A DNA stretch of 64,000 nucleotides from the human T2T-CHM13v2.0 reference genome, Homo sapiens, in NCBI RefSeq assembly GCF_009914755.1, contig NC_060946.1; one strand, 5' to 3'. The notes beneath the pieces were generated by a model, which had not been told where the DNA came from, searched no databases, and saw nothing but the letters and a program-made list of their open reading frames with translations. Each line of letters opens with the position of its first letter. Positions within the stretch are counted from its first letter, which is position 1. Below, piece by piece: positions 32,015 to 47,939 of this stretch. The position numbers were made by a program, and so were the translations under genes.

Positions 32015-33557
32015 ATTATTATTATTATTATTTGAGATGGAGTCTCACTCTGCCGCCCAGGCTGGAGTGCAGTGGCATAATCTCGATTCACTGCAGCCTC
32101 TGCCTCCCGGGTTCAAGTGATTCTCGTGCCTCAGCCTGCTGAGTAGCTGGGACTACAGGCGTGCACCACCACACCAGGCTGATTTTTGTATTTTCAGTAG
32201 AGATAGGTTTTGCCATGTTGGCCAGGCTGGTCTCAAACACCTGACCTCAAGTTTTCCGCCAGCCTTGGTTTCCCAAAGTGCTGAGATGACAGGTGTGAGC
32301 CACTGCACCCGGCTTATTATTATTTTATTATTATTTGCGGCCAGGTTTTTTTTCTATGCTCTCCCAAAGAGCTGATGGGAAAGACAAACATCCATAGCCT
32401 TAGAAGTTTTTCTGCAGTTGAGGAGACAGGCCCAGTGTAGGGAAGTGTCTTGTGTATGGTCCTGTGGCCTCTAGAGGCAGAGCTGGGGCTGGAGTTCTTC
32501 TTTGTGACTCCTTGGCCAGTGCTCTCTGTTTCTCCCCATCTCCCTTGTTACTTTCAGGGTTCCCCTCAGGACCTCGAGTCCACATGGCGAATCCAAGTCC
32601 TGTATCAGGCTTCCTCCCTCTCCTCTTTTCCCCAGGAAGTGAGCTTTGGTCTGCATTTTCACAGGGACCATAAAACACAGTGACTCAGTTGTGGACTGTG
32701 ACCTCGAGTCACAGTTTACCCTGGAGGCCCATCTTGTGACGATGAAGTCAGAGATTCATCAGCTGGGAGGCTTCCTTGCAATGGGCCAGCGGGAGGGCCT
32801 CTGGTAGTCTCTAGAATTTTCTCCCAATCCCTGAAACCTATTGGTTAGCATATGCTGGCTCATTTGGTTCTTGAGTTTATTTCTTTTTGGGCCTACTATG
32901 CGCCAGGCCCTGCATGATGGGGCCTGGAGATTTTCTCCGTCAGCCTCCTGGAGTTCACAGCCCAGGGGTCTGAAAATGACCTGGGAGGGTCCAGTTAGGT
33001 GCAGGAAGTAGGAGGGGAGACATTTGGGACTGAGAACTCACACAGACAAAGGGGGGTGCTTGGAGGACCAGTTGGGCTGAGGTAGAGTGTTTAGGGATTT
33101 TGCTCCTTTTTTTGACAAATATTTATCTGCATGTGGTAAGTGCTATGCTGGGCAGTGGGCTACAGTTATGACTAAGGCATAGACAATTAAGAAGGTAGGT
33201 AAATAGGCCAGGCACAGTGGCTCACGCCTATAATTCCAGCAGTTGGGGAGGCCTAGGCAGGCGATTCGCCTGAGCTCAGGAGTTCGAGACCAGCCTGGGC
33301 AACATGGTGAAACCCTGTTTCTACTAAAATACAAAAAAAAAAAAAAAAAAAGAAGAATTAGACTGGCGTGGTGTTGCGTGCCTGTAATCTCAGCTACTCA
33401 GGAAGCTGAGGGGCAGGAGAATCACTTGATCCCAGCTACTCAGGAGGCTGAGGCAGGAAAATCGCTTGAACTCGGGAGGCGGAGGTTTTAGTGAGCTGAG
33501 TTTTCGCCACTGCACTCCAGCGTGGGTAACAGAGTGAGACTCCATCTCAAAAAAAAA
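32015..33557. mobile_element. Alus at 32015-32313 (-) and 33206-33557 (+, with internal ~40-bp duplication)
   Basis: Alu consensus; TSD aagaaggtaggtaaata around the second copy. Confidence 0.88.
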
Positions 33558-33607
33558 GAAGGTAGGTAAATAATTGCAGTGGGTTCTAATAGCTAATTTT
33601 CTTTTTT

Positions 33608-33955
33608 TTTCTTAAACAACAGAAATTTGCTTTCTCACAGATACACAGGCTAGAAGTCCAAGATGAAGGAGCTAGCAAGGCTGGCTTCTAATGAGGCTCC
33701 TCTCCGTGGCTGACAGCTGTGTCCTTCATTTGTCTTTGCGTAGCCTCTTCTGTGTATGCAGGGTGGGAGGTGGGTGATAGGTAGATGTCTCTGGTCTCTC
33801 TTCCTCTTCGTTTGCCAGTTTATTACAAAAGATAAGCTGTAGAAGCAGAGATGCGTAGGGTGAGGTATGGGGGAGGGAGTGCAGAGCTTCCATGCCCTCC
33901 CTGGGCACGCCACCCTCCAGGAACCTCCCTGTGTTCAGGTATCCGGAAGCTCCCT
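33608..33955 (-). mobile_element. MLT1 (MaLR) LTR fragment joined to a MER21-like LTR fragment
   Basis: cttaaacaacagaaattt...ctcacag...agaagtccaagat (MLT1); gagcttccatgccctccctgggcacgccaccctccaggaacctcc (MER21-like). Confidence 0.65.
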
Positions 33956-35076
33956 AATAGCTACTGTTTATTGAACATTTACTATATGCCAGGCATCATG
34001 TCATGTGCTTTAATTTAATTTGAATTTGTGTAAAGTCTCCCTGGAGGAGGGAGGGGGTGTCTCCACTTGGGGAGGGCTAGCTGAGAAGCAGGAGTTCGAG
34101 ACCAAAGAGTCTGAGTTCTAAGTCTTGAAGGCTGAGCAGGTGTTTGCCAGGTAACTATGGTCTGGGGAACAGTGGTTTGCCCCTGATCGAGGGAACAGCA
34201 TGGGCAGAGGTTTAGAGGCGTGAAATTGTGCTCTATACAACGGATGTCATCTGGGGTCCTTTAAACTTGACTTCCACGTGACCCTCCTGGACACCCGCAG
34301 TGTTTGGTTTTACACTGAGCTCAGACTTTCCCACATCTCTAACTGGTGAAACTGTGGCCCTTTGCTTCTGAGGCTGGTGCTGTGTCATCGTCATGCCAGC
34401 ATCTTTGTACGCAGGATCTGCCAGGGCAAAGGTTGAGAGGTTTGAGAGCATTTGGACCTGATGACTTTGTTATTAAGACTGGAAAAAGGAGGGGAGGAAC
34501 ATTTGGATTCTGCTGACAGCAGTGGTAGTCCTTGTGAGTGTAATCAACTTGAAATAAGTGGGAACTTGTGAGGTGGCCCCCGCCCAAGAACATATCCTGG
34601 CTGCTAGTTAGAGATTCCCTCTAGATTTCAGTTGGTTGACAGCGAGTCCAAATGAGAAGGAAACAATCAAAATGAAAGACCACACAAGGACTGCTGAAAG
34701 TAACTCATCAAAGGTTGTGACTGAAAAAACAAGTTGTGGGCTGGGCGCCGTGGCTCATGCCTGTCATCCAGTGACTCAGGAAGCCAAGATAGGAGGATTG
34801 CTTGAGGCCAGGAGTTCCAGACCAGCCTGGGCTGAACATAGTGAGACCCCTGTCTCTAAAACAATGAATAAATAAAAATTTAAAAATTAGCCATGGTAGC
34901 TCATTGAGATATTTATTTTCATTTCCCTAATGACTAATGATTTTGAGTATCTGTTCATATGCCAAATGACCAGTTGTATATCTTTTTGGCAGAAATGTCC
35001 GTTCAAGTCCTTTGCCCATTTTTGAATCAGATTGTTTTTTCTTTGTTGTTGAGTTGTAGGAATACATACACACAAA

Positions 35077-35160
35077 CATATATATAGATAGATATAGATA
35101 GATATAGATATAGATATAGATATAGATAGATATAGATACAGATACAGATATAGAGAGAGA
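35077..35160. repeat. (TAGA/TAGATA)n microsatellite
   Basis: gatatagata repeats at the tail of an antisense Alu. Confidence 0.9.
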
Positions 35161-35208
35161 GACAGGCAAACAGACAGACAGGATCTGGCTCTGTTGCCCA
35201 GGCTATAG

Positions 35209-35493
<285 letters not shown>

Positions 35494-36750
35494 TAATCCC
35501 ATATCAGATATTTGCAAATATTTTTTTCCCATTCTGTGGGCTGTCTTTTCATTCTCTTGATAATGTTCTTTGATGCACAAAATTTATAACTTTGATGAAG
35601 TTTGATGACGCCCAACTTTTTCTTTTGTTGCCTGGAAAAGGATTTTTAAAATTGAAGTGTGAGATGAATACAGAAAAGAGCTCATATCCTAAGCCAGATG
35701 GCCTGGGTTTAAATCCCAACTCTGCTACTTACCAGCTATGTGACTTTGAGTGGATTGACATCTCCGTGCCTCAGTTTCCCCATCTCTGAGACTGGGATTA
35801 TAACAGAGCCTACTTGTTAGAAATGCGGTGAAGTGGCCGGGCGCAGTGGCTCACTCCTGTAATCCCAGCACTTTGGGAGACCGAGGCGGGGTGGATCATG
35901 AGGTCAGGAGATCAAGACCTGGTCAACATGGTGAAATGCCATCTGTACTAAAAATACAAAAATTAGCTGGGCATGGTGGCAGATGCCTGTAATCCCAGCT
36001 ACTCGGGAGGCTGAGTCAGCAGAATCGCTTGAACCCGGGAGGTGGAGTTGCAGTGACCCAAGATCGGGCCACTGCACTCCAGCCTGGTGACAGAGTGAGA
36101 CTCTGTCTCAAAAAAAAAAAAAAAAAAAAAAGGCAGTGAAGTGAGATGAGCTCCTATGCACAAGGTGCGATGAACAGTGCCTGACACCTGGTAGGTGCTT
36201 TGTAAGTGTTGGCTATTGTTGCTGTGACTATGTTAGACACTGAGTTTCTATGTGGCAGACGCTGTGCTAAGCACTGTGCAAACACCATCCCATTATCCGT
36301 CTTCATACTCCCCACGTTCTACATGAAGTTCCATTTCCTGGCACTTTTCCCCTAAGTGACTTCACTATATTCTGAAGTGCCAAGAGGATGCCCATTTAAG
36401 AGATTCTGAACCTGAGGCTCAGAGAGGGGAGGTGACTGGCCCCGCAACATGCAGTGAAGAAACAATGATGGCTGGATTGAATCCAGACCTGTGGACTTAG
36501 CCCTTGCAACTTGGGAGGAGAAAGGGTGTCTCTAGTGGGGCAGGATCCCCAGGTGGAAGAAGGATGGCTGGCTTCGGTTTCAGCAGTGCCACCTGGAGCT
36601 CCGGGGCTCTGTGGGCTCCCAGGGACCAAGGCCACGCAGGGCCCCCAGCTGGATGCCGACCGGCCCGCAGGAGAGAGATGAGTGAATGACAGGGACACCT
36701 GTTCCTTGCAAAGCCTCCCTTGTGGAGTAGGCCAGCATCCTGGCGTGCGC

Positions 36751-36764
36751 GCGTCCCCTGGTGG
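36751..36764 (-). promoter_or_regulatory. CTCF-like motif CCACCAGGGGACGC
   Basis: One mismatch to the core; sits in a small CpG-retaining patch. Confidence 0.5.
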
Positions 36765-38475
36765 AACAGCGTGGGATTGCGGGCTCTAGAGGCTCCCCTC
36801 ACTGTTGGAAGGAGACCCAGGAGAGTGAACCTTTTCCACCTGTTAGCCCATTAGCTCACAACGCACTGCCGCCATCTCACAGATCAGGAAAACGGAGGCC
36901 CAAAAGGGTAACGTCACATGTCCAGTGCGCTCTGCTGGGCATTTTTTTTTTTTTTTTTTTTAGACAAGGTCTCACTCTGTTGCCCAGGCAGAAGTGCAGT
37001 GGCACAATCATGGCTCACAGCAGCTTGGACCTGGGCTCAAGCGATCCTTCTGCCTCGGCCTCCCAAGTACCTAGGACCACAGGCATGCGCCAGCATGCTG
37101 GCTAATTTTTGTATTTTTTGTAGAGACAGGGTTTCGCCATGTTGCCCAGGCTGGTCTTAAACTCCTGGGCTTGAGCTATTCACCCTCCTGGGTCTCCCAA
37201 AGTGCTGGTATTACAGGCATGAGGTACCGCACCCAGCCTCATCCCTCCTTTGAATAGAATCCATCCTAGCACCCTGTGGCAGACATGAGTTATGGAAAAA
37301 GCAAGTTTAAGACTTCAGGGTGTGATGAAGGATCCAGATTCCAGATGCAGCCCCACCAGTTGGAACCTAGATTTCTTCTTCTGGAAATGGAAATAACTCA
37401 CTCAGGGAGATTTTCAAAACTTAGATACCCAGGTCACATCCCAGAAATTAAATCTAAATGCATGGGGGCAGGGCCTGGGCATCAGTGTTTTTTAAATAGA
37501 CTTGACTTTTTAGAACAGTTTTAGATTTACAGGAAAATTGGAATGATGGTACAGAGAGTCCCCATACACCCACACCCAGTTTCCAACTGTCATCACCACC
37601 TTGCCTTAGCATGGTATGTTCATTACCATCAATGAGCCAATACTGATACATTCCTATTAAATAAAGTTCATAGTTTATTCCGATTTTCTCAGTTTTAATG
37701 TTACGTCCCATCCAGGATGTAGTATCAGACTTTTCTTTGTTTTTCATGAGCCTGGCAATCTTGAATAGTCTTGGTCAGGTATTTTTAGGATTCCCCCCTA
37801 TTGTCTGGGTGTCAGTATTTTTTAGAGATCCCCGGGGGATACGGCACTGTTCGGAAACTGCTGCTCTAGGGCCTTGTGTGTGTGTCTGGGTGGGGATGAG
37901 TTGTTTATATAAAAACGAGTTAGCCTAAAGAGTAGAAGAGGAGAAGTAATTTCCATGGTCCGGTGATCTGTTGTTATAATGAACCATCACAGAACTTAGG
38001 GGTGTAACAGGGTCATGGATTCCGCAGGTCAAGAAGCCAAGCAGGGCTCTGTGGGTACAGCTCTTCTCTGCTGGGAGCCCTGAACAGCTGGGGCAGGAAT
38101 CATCTGGAAGCCTCATCACTTACGTCTGGTGCCCGGGCTGGGATGACTCGAAGGCTGGGCTCCTGGGACTGATGACCAGAGCACCTGAGTGAGGCCTCTT
38201 CTCAGGACCTCTCTAAACTCAGATGTCACCCCTGGGCAAGGCCTTCCCTGACACCACCTCTGCATAAGGCCCGGGCCCCCATTATTCCCTCACAGCACCC
38301 CCATTATCATGTGCAGTGTCCTTCTGATATCTGCCTCCCTCATCAGGGTGGAGGCTGTTTGCTGACTTCTTATCCCTCCCCCACCAAACAAGAATTGCAG
38401 GACTGTAGGGCTCTTGAAGCTCTTGTTCACTTTTGTGTTTTCAGTGCAGAGTTGAAGCTAGGTGAATATTTTTTA

Positions 38476-38874
<399 letters not shown>

Positions 38875-41174
38875 CTAACCCGACAGAGGAGGGAGTAATT
38901 GGCTCTTCCTTGGCCTGGTGGCAGGGGAACTAGAAAGACTCATCTTGCCCTGGATCCTGACAGGGGAGTAGTTTGGCCAGGCGGAGGGAGGGGCAGGAAG
39001 GGTAACCCAGGTACCAGTCTGCACAAGGCCGGGAGGCTGGACAGCTTGTGTGGCAACAGTACCTTGCTGCCCCTCCCATGTAGTTCCTGGGAGGGGACCC
39101 CTGCACTCTCAGGGTGCCCACTCATCACTGAGCAGAGAGAAGGGTTCAGAGGGAAAATGGAGAATTTAGTTGGGGGCAGAATTCTGAGGGCAAAGTCCCT
39201 TCCAAACTGCCTCAGAAATCCCTGATCTGGGGATTCCTAAATGCCAGGCCTCCTGCAAGGCACCCGGGGCACCTTGGGGCTTGGAACCCGGATTTGCAGG
39301 CCCTTTCCCGGGGATTCTGCATCGGGAGCTGTGCCCGGAAGCCAGGCCAGGCAGGGATGGGGATTTCGTGACAAATGGTGGGGAGGAAGGAGCTTCCCTT
39401 GCATCCCAGCTCTTCCTTGCCCAGAATGTTGGTTGGATCGTCCAGTTTTTCAAGCAGAACTGATGATCCTGATTTTATTTTATTTATTTATTTATTTTGA
39501 GATGGACTCTTGCTCTGTTGCCAAGGCTAGAGTGCAGTGGCATGGTCTTGGCTCACCGCAACCTCTGCTGCCTGAGTTCAAGTGATTCTCCTGACTCAGC
39601 CTCCTGAGTAGCTGGGATTACAGGCGTGCACCATCACGCCTGGCTAATTTTTGTATTTTTAGTAGAGACAGGGTTTCGCCATGTTGGCCAGGCTGGTCTC
39701 AAACTCCTGACCTCATGTGATGGTCCACCTCGGCCTCCCAAAGTGCTGGGATTACAGGTGTGAGCCACCGCGCCTGGCCCAATCCTGATTTCAATGTGAC
39801 ATCTCACCATGTGCTCAGGCCACATTCTAGCTGCCTTCGGTTCACACTCTGGGTATCAGAGGTCTTGTTATTCACACTTGTTATCTCACTGGATCCTTGC
39901 CACAACTCTGGGAGACCCACGGGAAACTGAGGGTTGGCAAAACGAACTGACTTGGCCCAGGCTTCGACACTGGGCAGGTAGCACAGGTGGGGGCTCAATC
40001 CAGGGCCGCCAGTTTCTGTTTTACCTGCCTCATTCTCCTCCCAGGTGAAACAAGGCACTGGTTTTCTTGTGCATCATTCAGAAATGACCACAAGAGGGTA
40101 GGATGGAGACGGTCTATTTTCCACATTTCGTTAATTTGCTTTTAAGCCGTTTTACATTCGGGCCTCCATTCTAAACCTGAAACATCCAAATTTTCCATGA
40201 CCACTTAGATTTTCATCTTTTCATGCAGCCCACTAATTTCGGTAGATGTGTCACTGTGCTCTGTCCCCATTGGGCCCCATGTCAGTTTCTATTTTGTGAA
40301 CCTGACATCAGAGCTGCCCAGCTGAGCTTAGGATGTTCCTCTGCAGCCTTCACAGCCCTGGCTGCCCCATTTATTTTCATGGATGATATTTTCTCTTCCG
40401 GAGAAAGTATTTTTTGGGAAAAAAAAATTTTGTTTTTGTTTTATTTGTAAAAAAGAGCGTGGGGTATGGATAGCCGAGCCTATAGTGAGAAACTTATGGT
40501 TATAGAAACAGCATTTTTCTCTTAAGGAGATGTATTTCCAGAGATGCTGAATCTTCTACTTGAACTCGAGGTCTCTTGAGAATAGGGACATTTTGTCATA
40601 TTTCAAGCCTGGGTTCTGTGCCACCTTCTCCAAGAAGCCCTCCTGGGTTGCACCCTATCCTGTGAACTCCTCCATTCCAGGCCCTCTAGCCTCTAGTGCT
40701 GTAATTTATTCCCAAGTGCTTCTCTTACAGACCGTGAGCCCCGCTGAGGGCAAGAATCCTGCCTCACTCATGTCCCTAATGCTTCACACTTTATCCTCAG
40801 GGCCTTCATTGATTGAGCAGTTGCAGTCAGCCTGCTGAGTGCTTTTCTCATATCATCTGACCTCTGCCTCACTGCCATCCTGTGAGGGAGGAAATTATCA
40901 TGATTGTTGTTGTTATTCTCAGCCTCATTTTATGTCTGAAGAAACCGAGGCACAGAGAAGAGAAGCAGGTTGTCCTGGATGACAGTGTGAGGCAGGGCTG
41001 TAGTTGGGATTTGAACCCCAGGCCTACCTGAGTGCAGATCCCTGCTCCCAGCAGCTTCGCTCCCAGCTCCTGGTAGGGCTTAATCATGTTCACTGACTGA
41101 GTGGGGAGGGAGCGCTCCAGCCAGGTTGTAGGCGCTGCTGGCCCTGCGCATGCCCAGGCAAGACCTTCTAGCTT

Positions 41175-41587
41175 GCTTCTCCCTCTTTTCTCATCCCTTG
41201 GCACGGTTTGCTCCTTCTCCACTTCCTTCTTTTCCTCCTCCCTTTTCTCTTCCTCCCTCTTCTCTTCCTCCTGTTTTTTCTCCTCCTTTTCCTCTTCTTC
41301 CTCTTCCATTTTTATCTCTTCCTCCCTTTTCTCCTCCTTCTGCACTTTTTTTTTTCTTTTTAAAAATCAAGACAGGGTCTGGCCATGTTGCCAAGGCTGG
41401 TATTGAACTCCTGGGCTCAAGTGATCCTCCCACCTCAGCCTCGTGAAGTGCTGGGATTACAGGCCTGAGTCACTGCACTGGGCCCATCTCCTCTTCCTCC
41501 TCCTCTTCCCCCTCCTTTTCCTCTTCCACCTTTACCCCTTCCTCTCTTTTCTCCTCCTCCTCTTTTTTCTTCTTCCTCCTCCTCCTC
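41175..41587. repeat. Polypyrimidine (CTT/CCT) low-complexity tract interrupted by a FLAM/Alu monomer (~41346-41484)
   Basis: Nearly pure C/T on the + strand. Confidence 0.9.
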
Positions 41588-42342
41588 CAATAGCTTATTG
41601 AAGTATAATTTACAGAGTATAAAATTCACTCGATTGAAGTGTACAGCAATTTTTAGTAAATGTACCAAGTTGCCCAGGGATCACTCTCTAGCCCAGAACA
41701 TTGTCCTCACCCCAGAAGGAAGCACTGTACCTATTAGCAGGCACTCCCCCCAGCCCCCACCCCATCCAGCGGAAGCCCCTGGCAGCCACTCGTCTGCGGC
41801 CTGTCTCTGCAGTCTTGCCTTTTCTGCACATTTCCTGTCAGTGGGCTCATGCAGCATGGCTTTGTTGTGTCTGGCTCCTTTCACGCAGCACGGCATTTTT
41901 TTTACGCATCTGCGTTGGTTGTATCAGGACTTCAGGCTTTTCGACTGGGCTGCTGCTTCTTGCTGGGTCCTGTCTTCGCTGACCCCATCTACCCCATCTG
42001 CCCCTCCGCATGGTGGAGAGAACCGATTGGGGCCAGGAGGGCAGTTGTTGGGTCAGGCTGGGAACTGAGAGGATGGAAAATGTGTTTGCTGTTCCCCCCC
42101 TCCCAACCGGCACCCACCCCCGCCCCCCGCCACCCGCCACTCCCTAGTTGTGTGTTTTCAGTGATTTCAAATGTGCTGCAGCTGACAACACTCTTAAGGG
42201 CTCTGTGGGTTGGCTCTGCCCTGGGATTGGCTCAGAGATGCCTTTTTTTGGGGCAGATAACCCCCTTTTCTGATGGGCTGGCCCCAGTTTGGGCTCCCTC
42301 TTATTGCTCTGCTAGCCAAGGGGGCTGAAGTGGATATGCCAT

Positions 42343-43668
<1,326 letters not shown>

Positions 43669-44814
43669 TGAGCCCTTACTGTGTACTGGATTCTGAACAC
43701 TTTGTACGTAGTACCTCATTCATGCCTCCCAGCGACCCTGCGGGGGCAGGCACTGTCATCATCCTTATTTTACGTGAAGGAGTGGGGGCCCAGAGAGATT
43801 AACCAGCTAGCAAGTGTGGGAATGAGGCAATCTAACTCCATCCACACCCTTCCCCTGGGCCCAGGGATGCCTCTGTAATAAGACACCTCATCCTCTCCCT
43901 AGTCCTCAGTTTCCCTCTTTGGGAACCTGTTCTGTCTGCGCCCTGACCTTTCAGGGAATCACAAACTGCTTGAAGATGGGCACATGTCTGGCTTCCCTGG
44001 GTCCCCTTTGGTGGCCGACAATGCAGTGCACACAGTGGGTCTGCCATCTTCATGCCTAGATCTAAAGATGATTTCATTGTGAGCAAGACTGGTGCTGGGA
44101 CAACTGGGAATTCTCTGCCTTTTGGGGAACAGTTACAGAGGACCTACTAAACCCTTGGCTGGTGCCAGGCCCCGAGACCACAGAGATAACCTGGGACCCA
44201 GGCTCTGCCCATGGGGAGCTCCCAGCCCTGTGAGGAAGACAGGCCATCCTCACCCAGCACATCCTACTGTACCCGAAGAGAGGGCGCAGTGACTCATTTT
44301 TTGCCGTTGGCATTAGGTTTAAAAGATGGTTGAACGTCCACAGAAGGAAAAGGAATTCCTGGCAGAGGGCACTGCCTGAGCATAGGCAGGGAGGCTGAGC
44401 AGCCACGTGTGCTTGAGCGCTGGTTTGGCGAGGCAGCAAGCGGCGGCTGTATGGTGAAGGGTGTTGAAGGCTGAGCCAGGAATCAAGGCTGCTGGCCACA
44501 GACGCATTGATGATGGATGACGTGCTGGTGGGGCTGAGCACCTGAAAAAAAAGGGTGTCAGTTCCCAAAGCAGGGCCTGGCATACAGTAGGCCCACAGGG
44601 AGAGCATGAGGAATGGGTGGCCGCCTGGGGTCCTGGAGAGTAGTATTTCGGATGTCTGGGCTGTGGGATGTGGGAGGAATGTCACTGAGCCATTCCTCAG
44701 GTGGCACATGCCATTCCTGCCCCGTCCCCACATAGGAATGCGGGCCACTTCTCACAGGCTGGAAGATGGCCTTGCTACATGCGAGTCTTCTGATGTTTAA
44801 ATGTTGGTTAGTAA

Positions 44815-45157
<343 letters not shown>

Positions 45158-45239
45158 TGAACTCCTGACCTTGTGATCCTCCTGCCTTGGCCTCACAAAA
45201 TGCTGGTATTACAAGTGTGAGCCACTGCGCCTGATCGAG

Positions 45240-45900
<661 letters not shown>

Positions 45901-46689
45901 CCTGGAGAATCCAGGCTGATCTCACCTCATGACCCTTAACCTCGACATCTGCAAAGACCATTTCCAAATATGGTCGCATTTGCAGGTTCTAGGTGGACAT
46001 ATGTTTTTAGGGGTCTCCATTCAACCCACTTAGGGGAGGAAGCCTACTTTCGACAGCATGGGCAAAGTCTTTATGGGTGCCTGGCTCACAGGGTGGGGTC
46101 AAGTGGTGGGAGGTGCACAGGGGCCTGGGGTGGGAGGGAACAGGTTGGATTTTCTCCCAAGAGTGATGAGGAAGCAAGGAAAGCATCTAAGATGTGTGTG
46201 TGGAGTGCCTCGGTCACATCTGTGCTTGCAGGTGGCCCCCTGCCATGGAGAAGGGCCCCTGGGGGCGGGAAGAGAGGACACTGTTCCACTTCGTCAGCCT
46301 CTGACTTCTGATGCAGCCACACTCCCCGGGCTGCCTCGGCCCACGGGTCAGGGTGGTGGTCAGGGCGGCCAGAGCAGGATAACCAGGACTGGGCACTGGG
46401 GGCAGCTTCTCCTGGGGGTGTGCCCTGGTGCGTCTGACCACCTCTGGTTGGGAGATGGGGACTTGGGGGTCTCCATTGTTGGCACCTGCCCAGCGGTGCT
46501 CCCCTCCCCACACCCCCCACCTGGTCCTAGATTGGCTCTGTCTCCACCTTGGACTCGCCGGGTCTTGGACCTTTGAACGTCTCTTTTTATTCTTAGCCCC
46601 CTGCCCTGTCACCATTGTCACTGCCACCTCCAGCTTTCTCCCCGGCTGTTCCTGGTGCTCTTTGTCCCTGCCCGCCTCCCGGGCCATCA

Positions 46690-47020
46690 GTCTGGCTTAC
46701 TTTCTCTGACTTCCTTTGGGGTTCATCCCTTGCCCTGCCTGTCGCTCTCCCATCAGAACCCCTACCCCACCCATCTCCCTCTCCTCTCCCTCCATGTCTC
46801 TCGTCTTTCTCTTTTTCTCCTTTCACCCTCTGTGTTCCCTGTCTTGCCCTTCCCTCCCTGTCTCATGCCTTTCCTGCCTGTAACTTCCTTCTCCTTCCTC
46901 CCACCTTCCTCCCTCTGCCCTGCGCCTGGCCTGCCATCCTCTCTTCCTCTCTCCATCCCGCCTGTCTCTGGCATCCTGTCTGCCTCCTTCCAGCCCCTTT
47001 CTCTCCGGGCATTTCTCTGT
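46690..47020. repeat. CT-rich low-complexity tract
   Basis: Strong pyrimidine skew over ~330 bp. Confidence 0.8.
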
Positions 47021-47444
47021 CCTGGGCTGATAGGAGACCAGACAGTCAACCCTTAGCAGCCTCCATGCTGACTGTGGCCCCTGTCAGCCAAGGGGTGTCA
47101 GAAAGGCCCTGGCGGGCCCCTGTGTTTATGGCAACAGTCATTCAGTAGGGCAGCCGCGAGCGCTGCATGCCCCACTTCTATTAATCCCTCAGTTAGCGGG
47201 GCCTAACCCCAGACTTGACACTCATCAGCCAGTCAGCCAGGACACGCAGCGCCAGGGGTACAGCCAGGCAGCTGGCATCATCCCTCCAGCGGTGCCGCCA
47301 GTGCAGAGGAACCAGCCCTTTTGCTGCACTTTTGTCGGTCAGCAGGACCCAGTGCTCTGGCTATGCTGTCAGCTGGGGCTGTCCTCTGACTGGTACTGTC
47401 AGCTGGTGAGCAGGGCTGGCTTTTCAGCTGTACTGTCTGGCAGT

Positions 47445-47543
47445 TAGGGAGCAGGGCCGGCCTTCCGACTGTGCCGTCAGGGAGCAGGGCCAGCCTTCCG
47501 ACTGTGCCATCAGGGAGCAGGGCCGGCCTTCTGACTGTGCTGC
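47445..47543. repeat. 33-bp tandem repeat, 3 copies (CAGGGAGCAGGGCCRGCCTTCCGACTGTGCCRT)
   Basis: Units at 47445, 47478 and 47511; a degenerate copy near 47406-47437. Confidence 0.9.
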
Positions 47544-47665
47544 CAGTCCCTGGCTCTGCCATCGCTGGGGCCAACCCCTGACTTGTCAGGCAGCGAGCAG
47601 CTGAGACCCAGTGCCTGCTGGGAGTGGGGCGCTGAGAATCAATGAAACCACAGGCCTGCCTCTGA

Positions 47666-47939
<274 letters not shown>

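Noticed and set aside
41144-41152. NRF1-like TGCGCATGC as a promoter
   Set aside because: Incomplete palindrome, no CpG island and no canonical donor nearby.
40869-41345. E/K-rich 158-aa minus-strand ORF
   Set aside because: Translation of a (CTT/CCT) low-complexity tract with no gene structure.
44507-44546. C/D-box-like TGATGA...CTGA
   Set aside because: Under 40 nt between boxes and no terminal stem; too short for a snoRNA.
44074-44748. 224-aa minus-strand ORF
   Set aside because: No recognisable homology, non-ATG start, partly L2-like sequence, no supporting splice or promoter signals.
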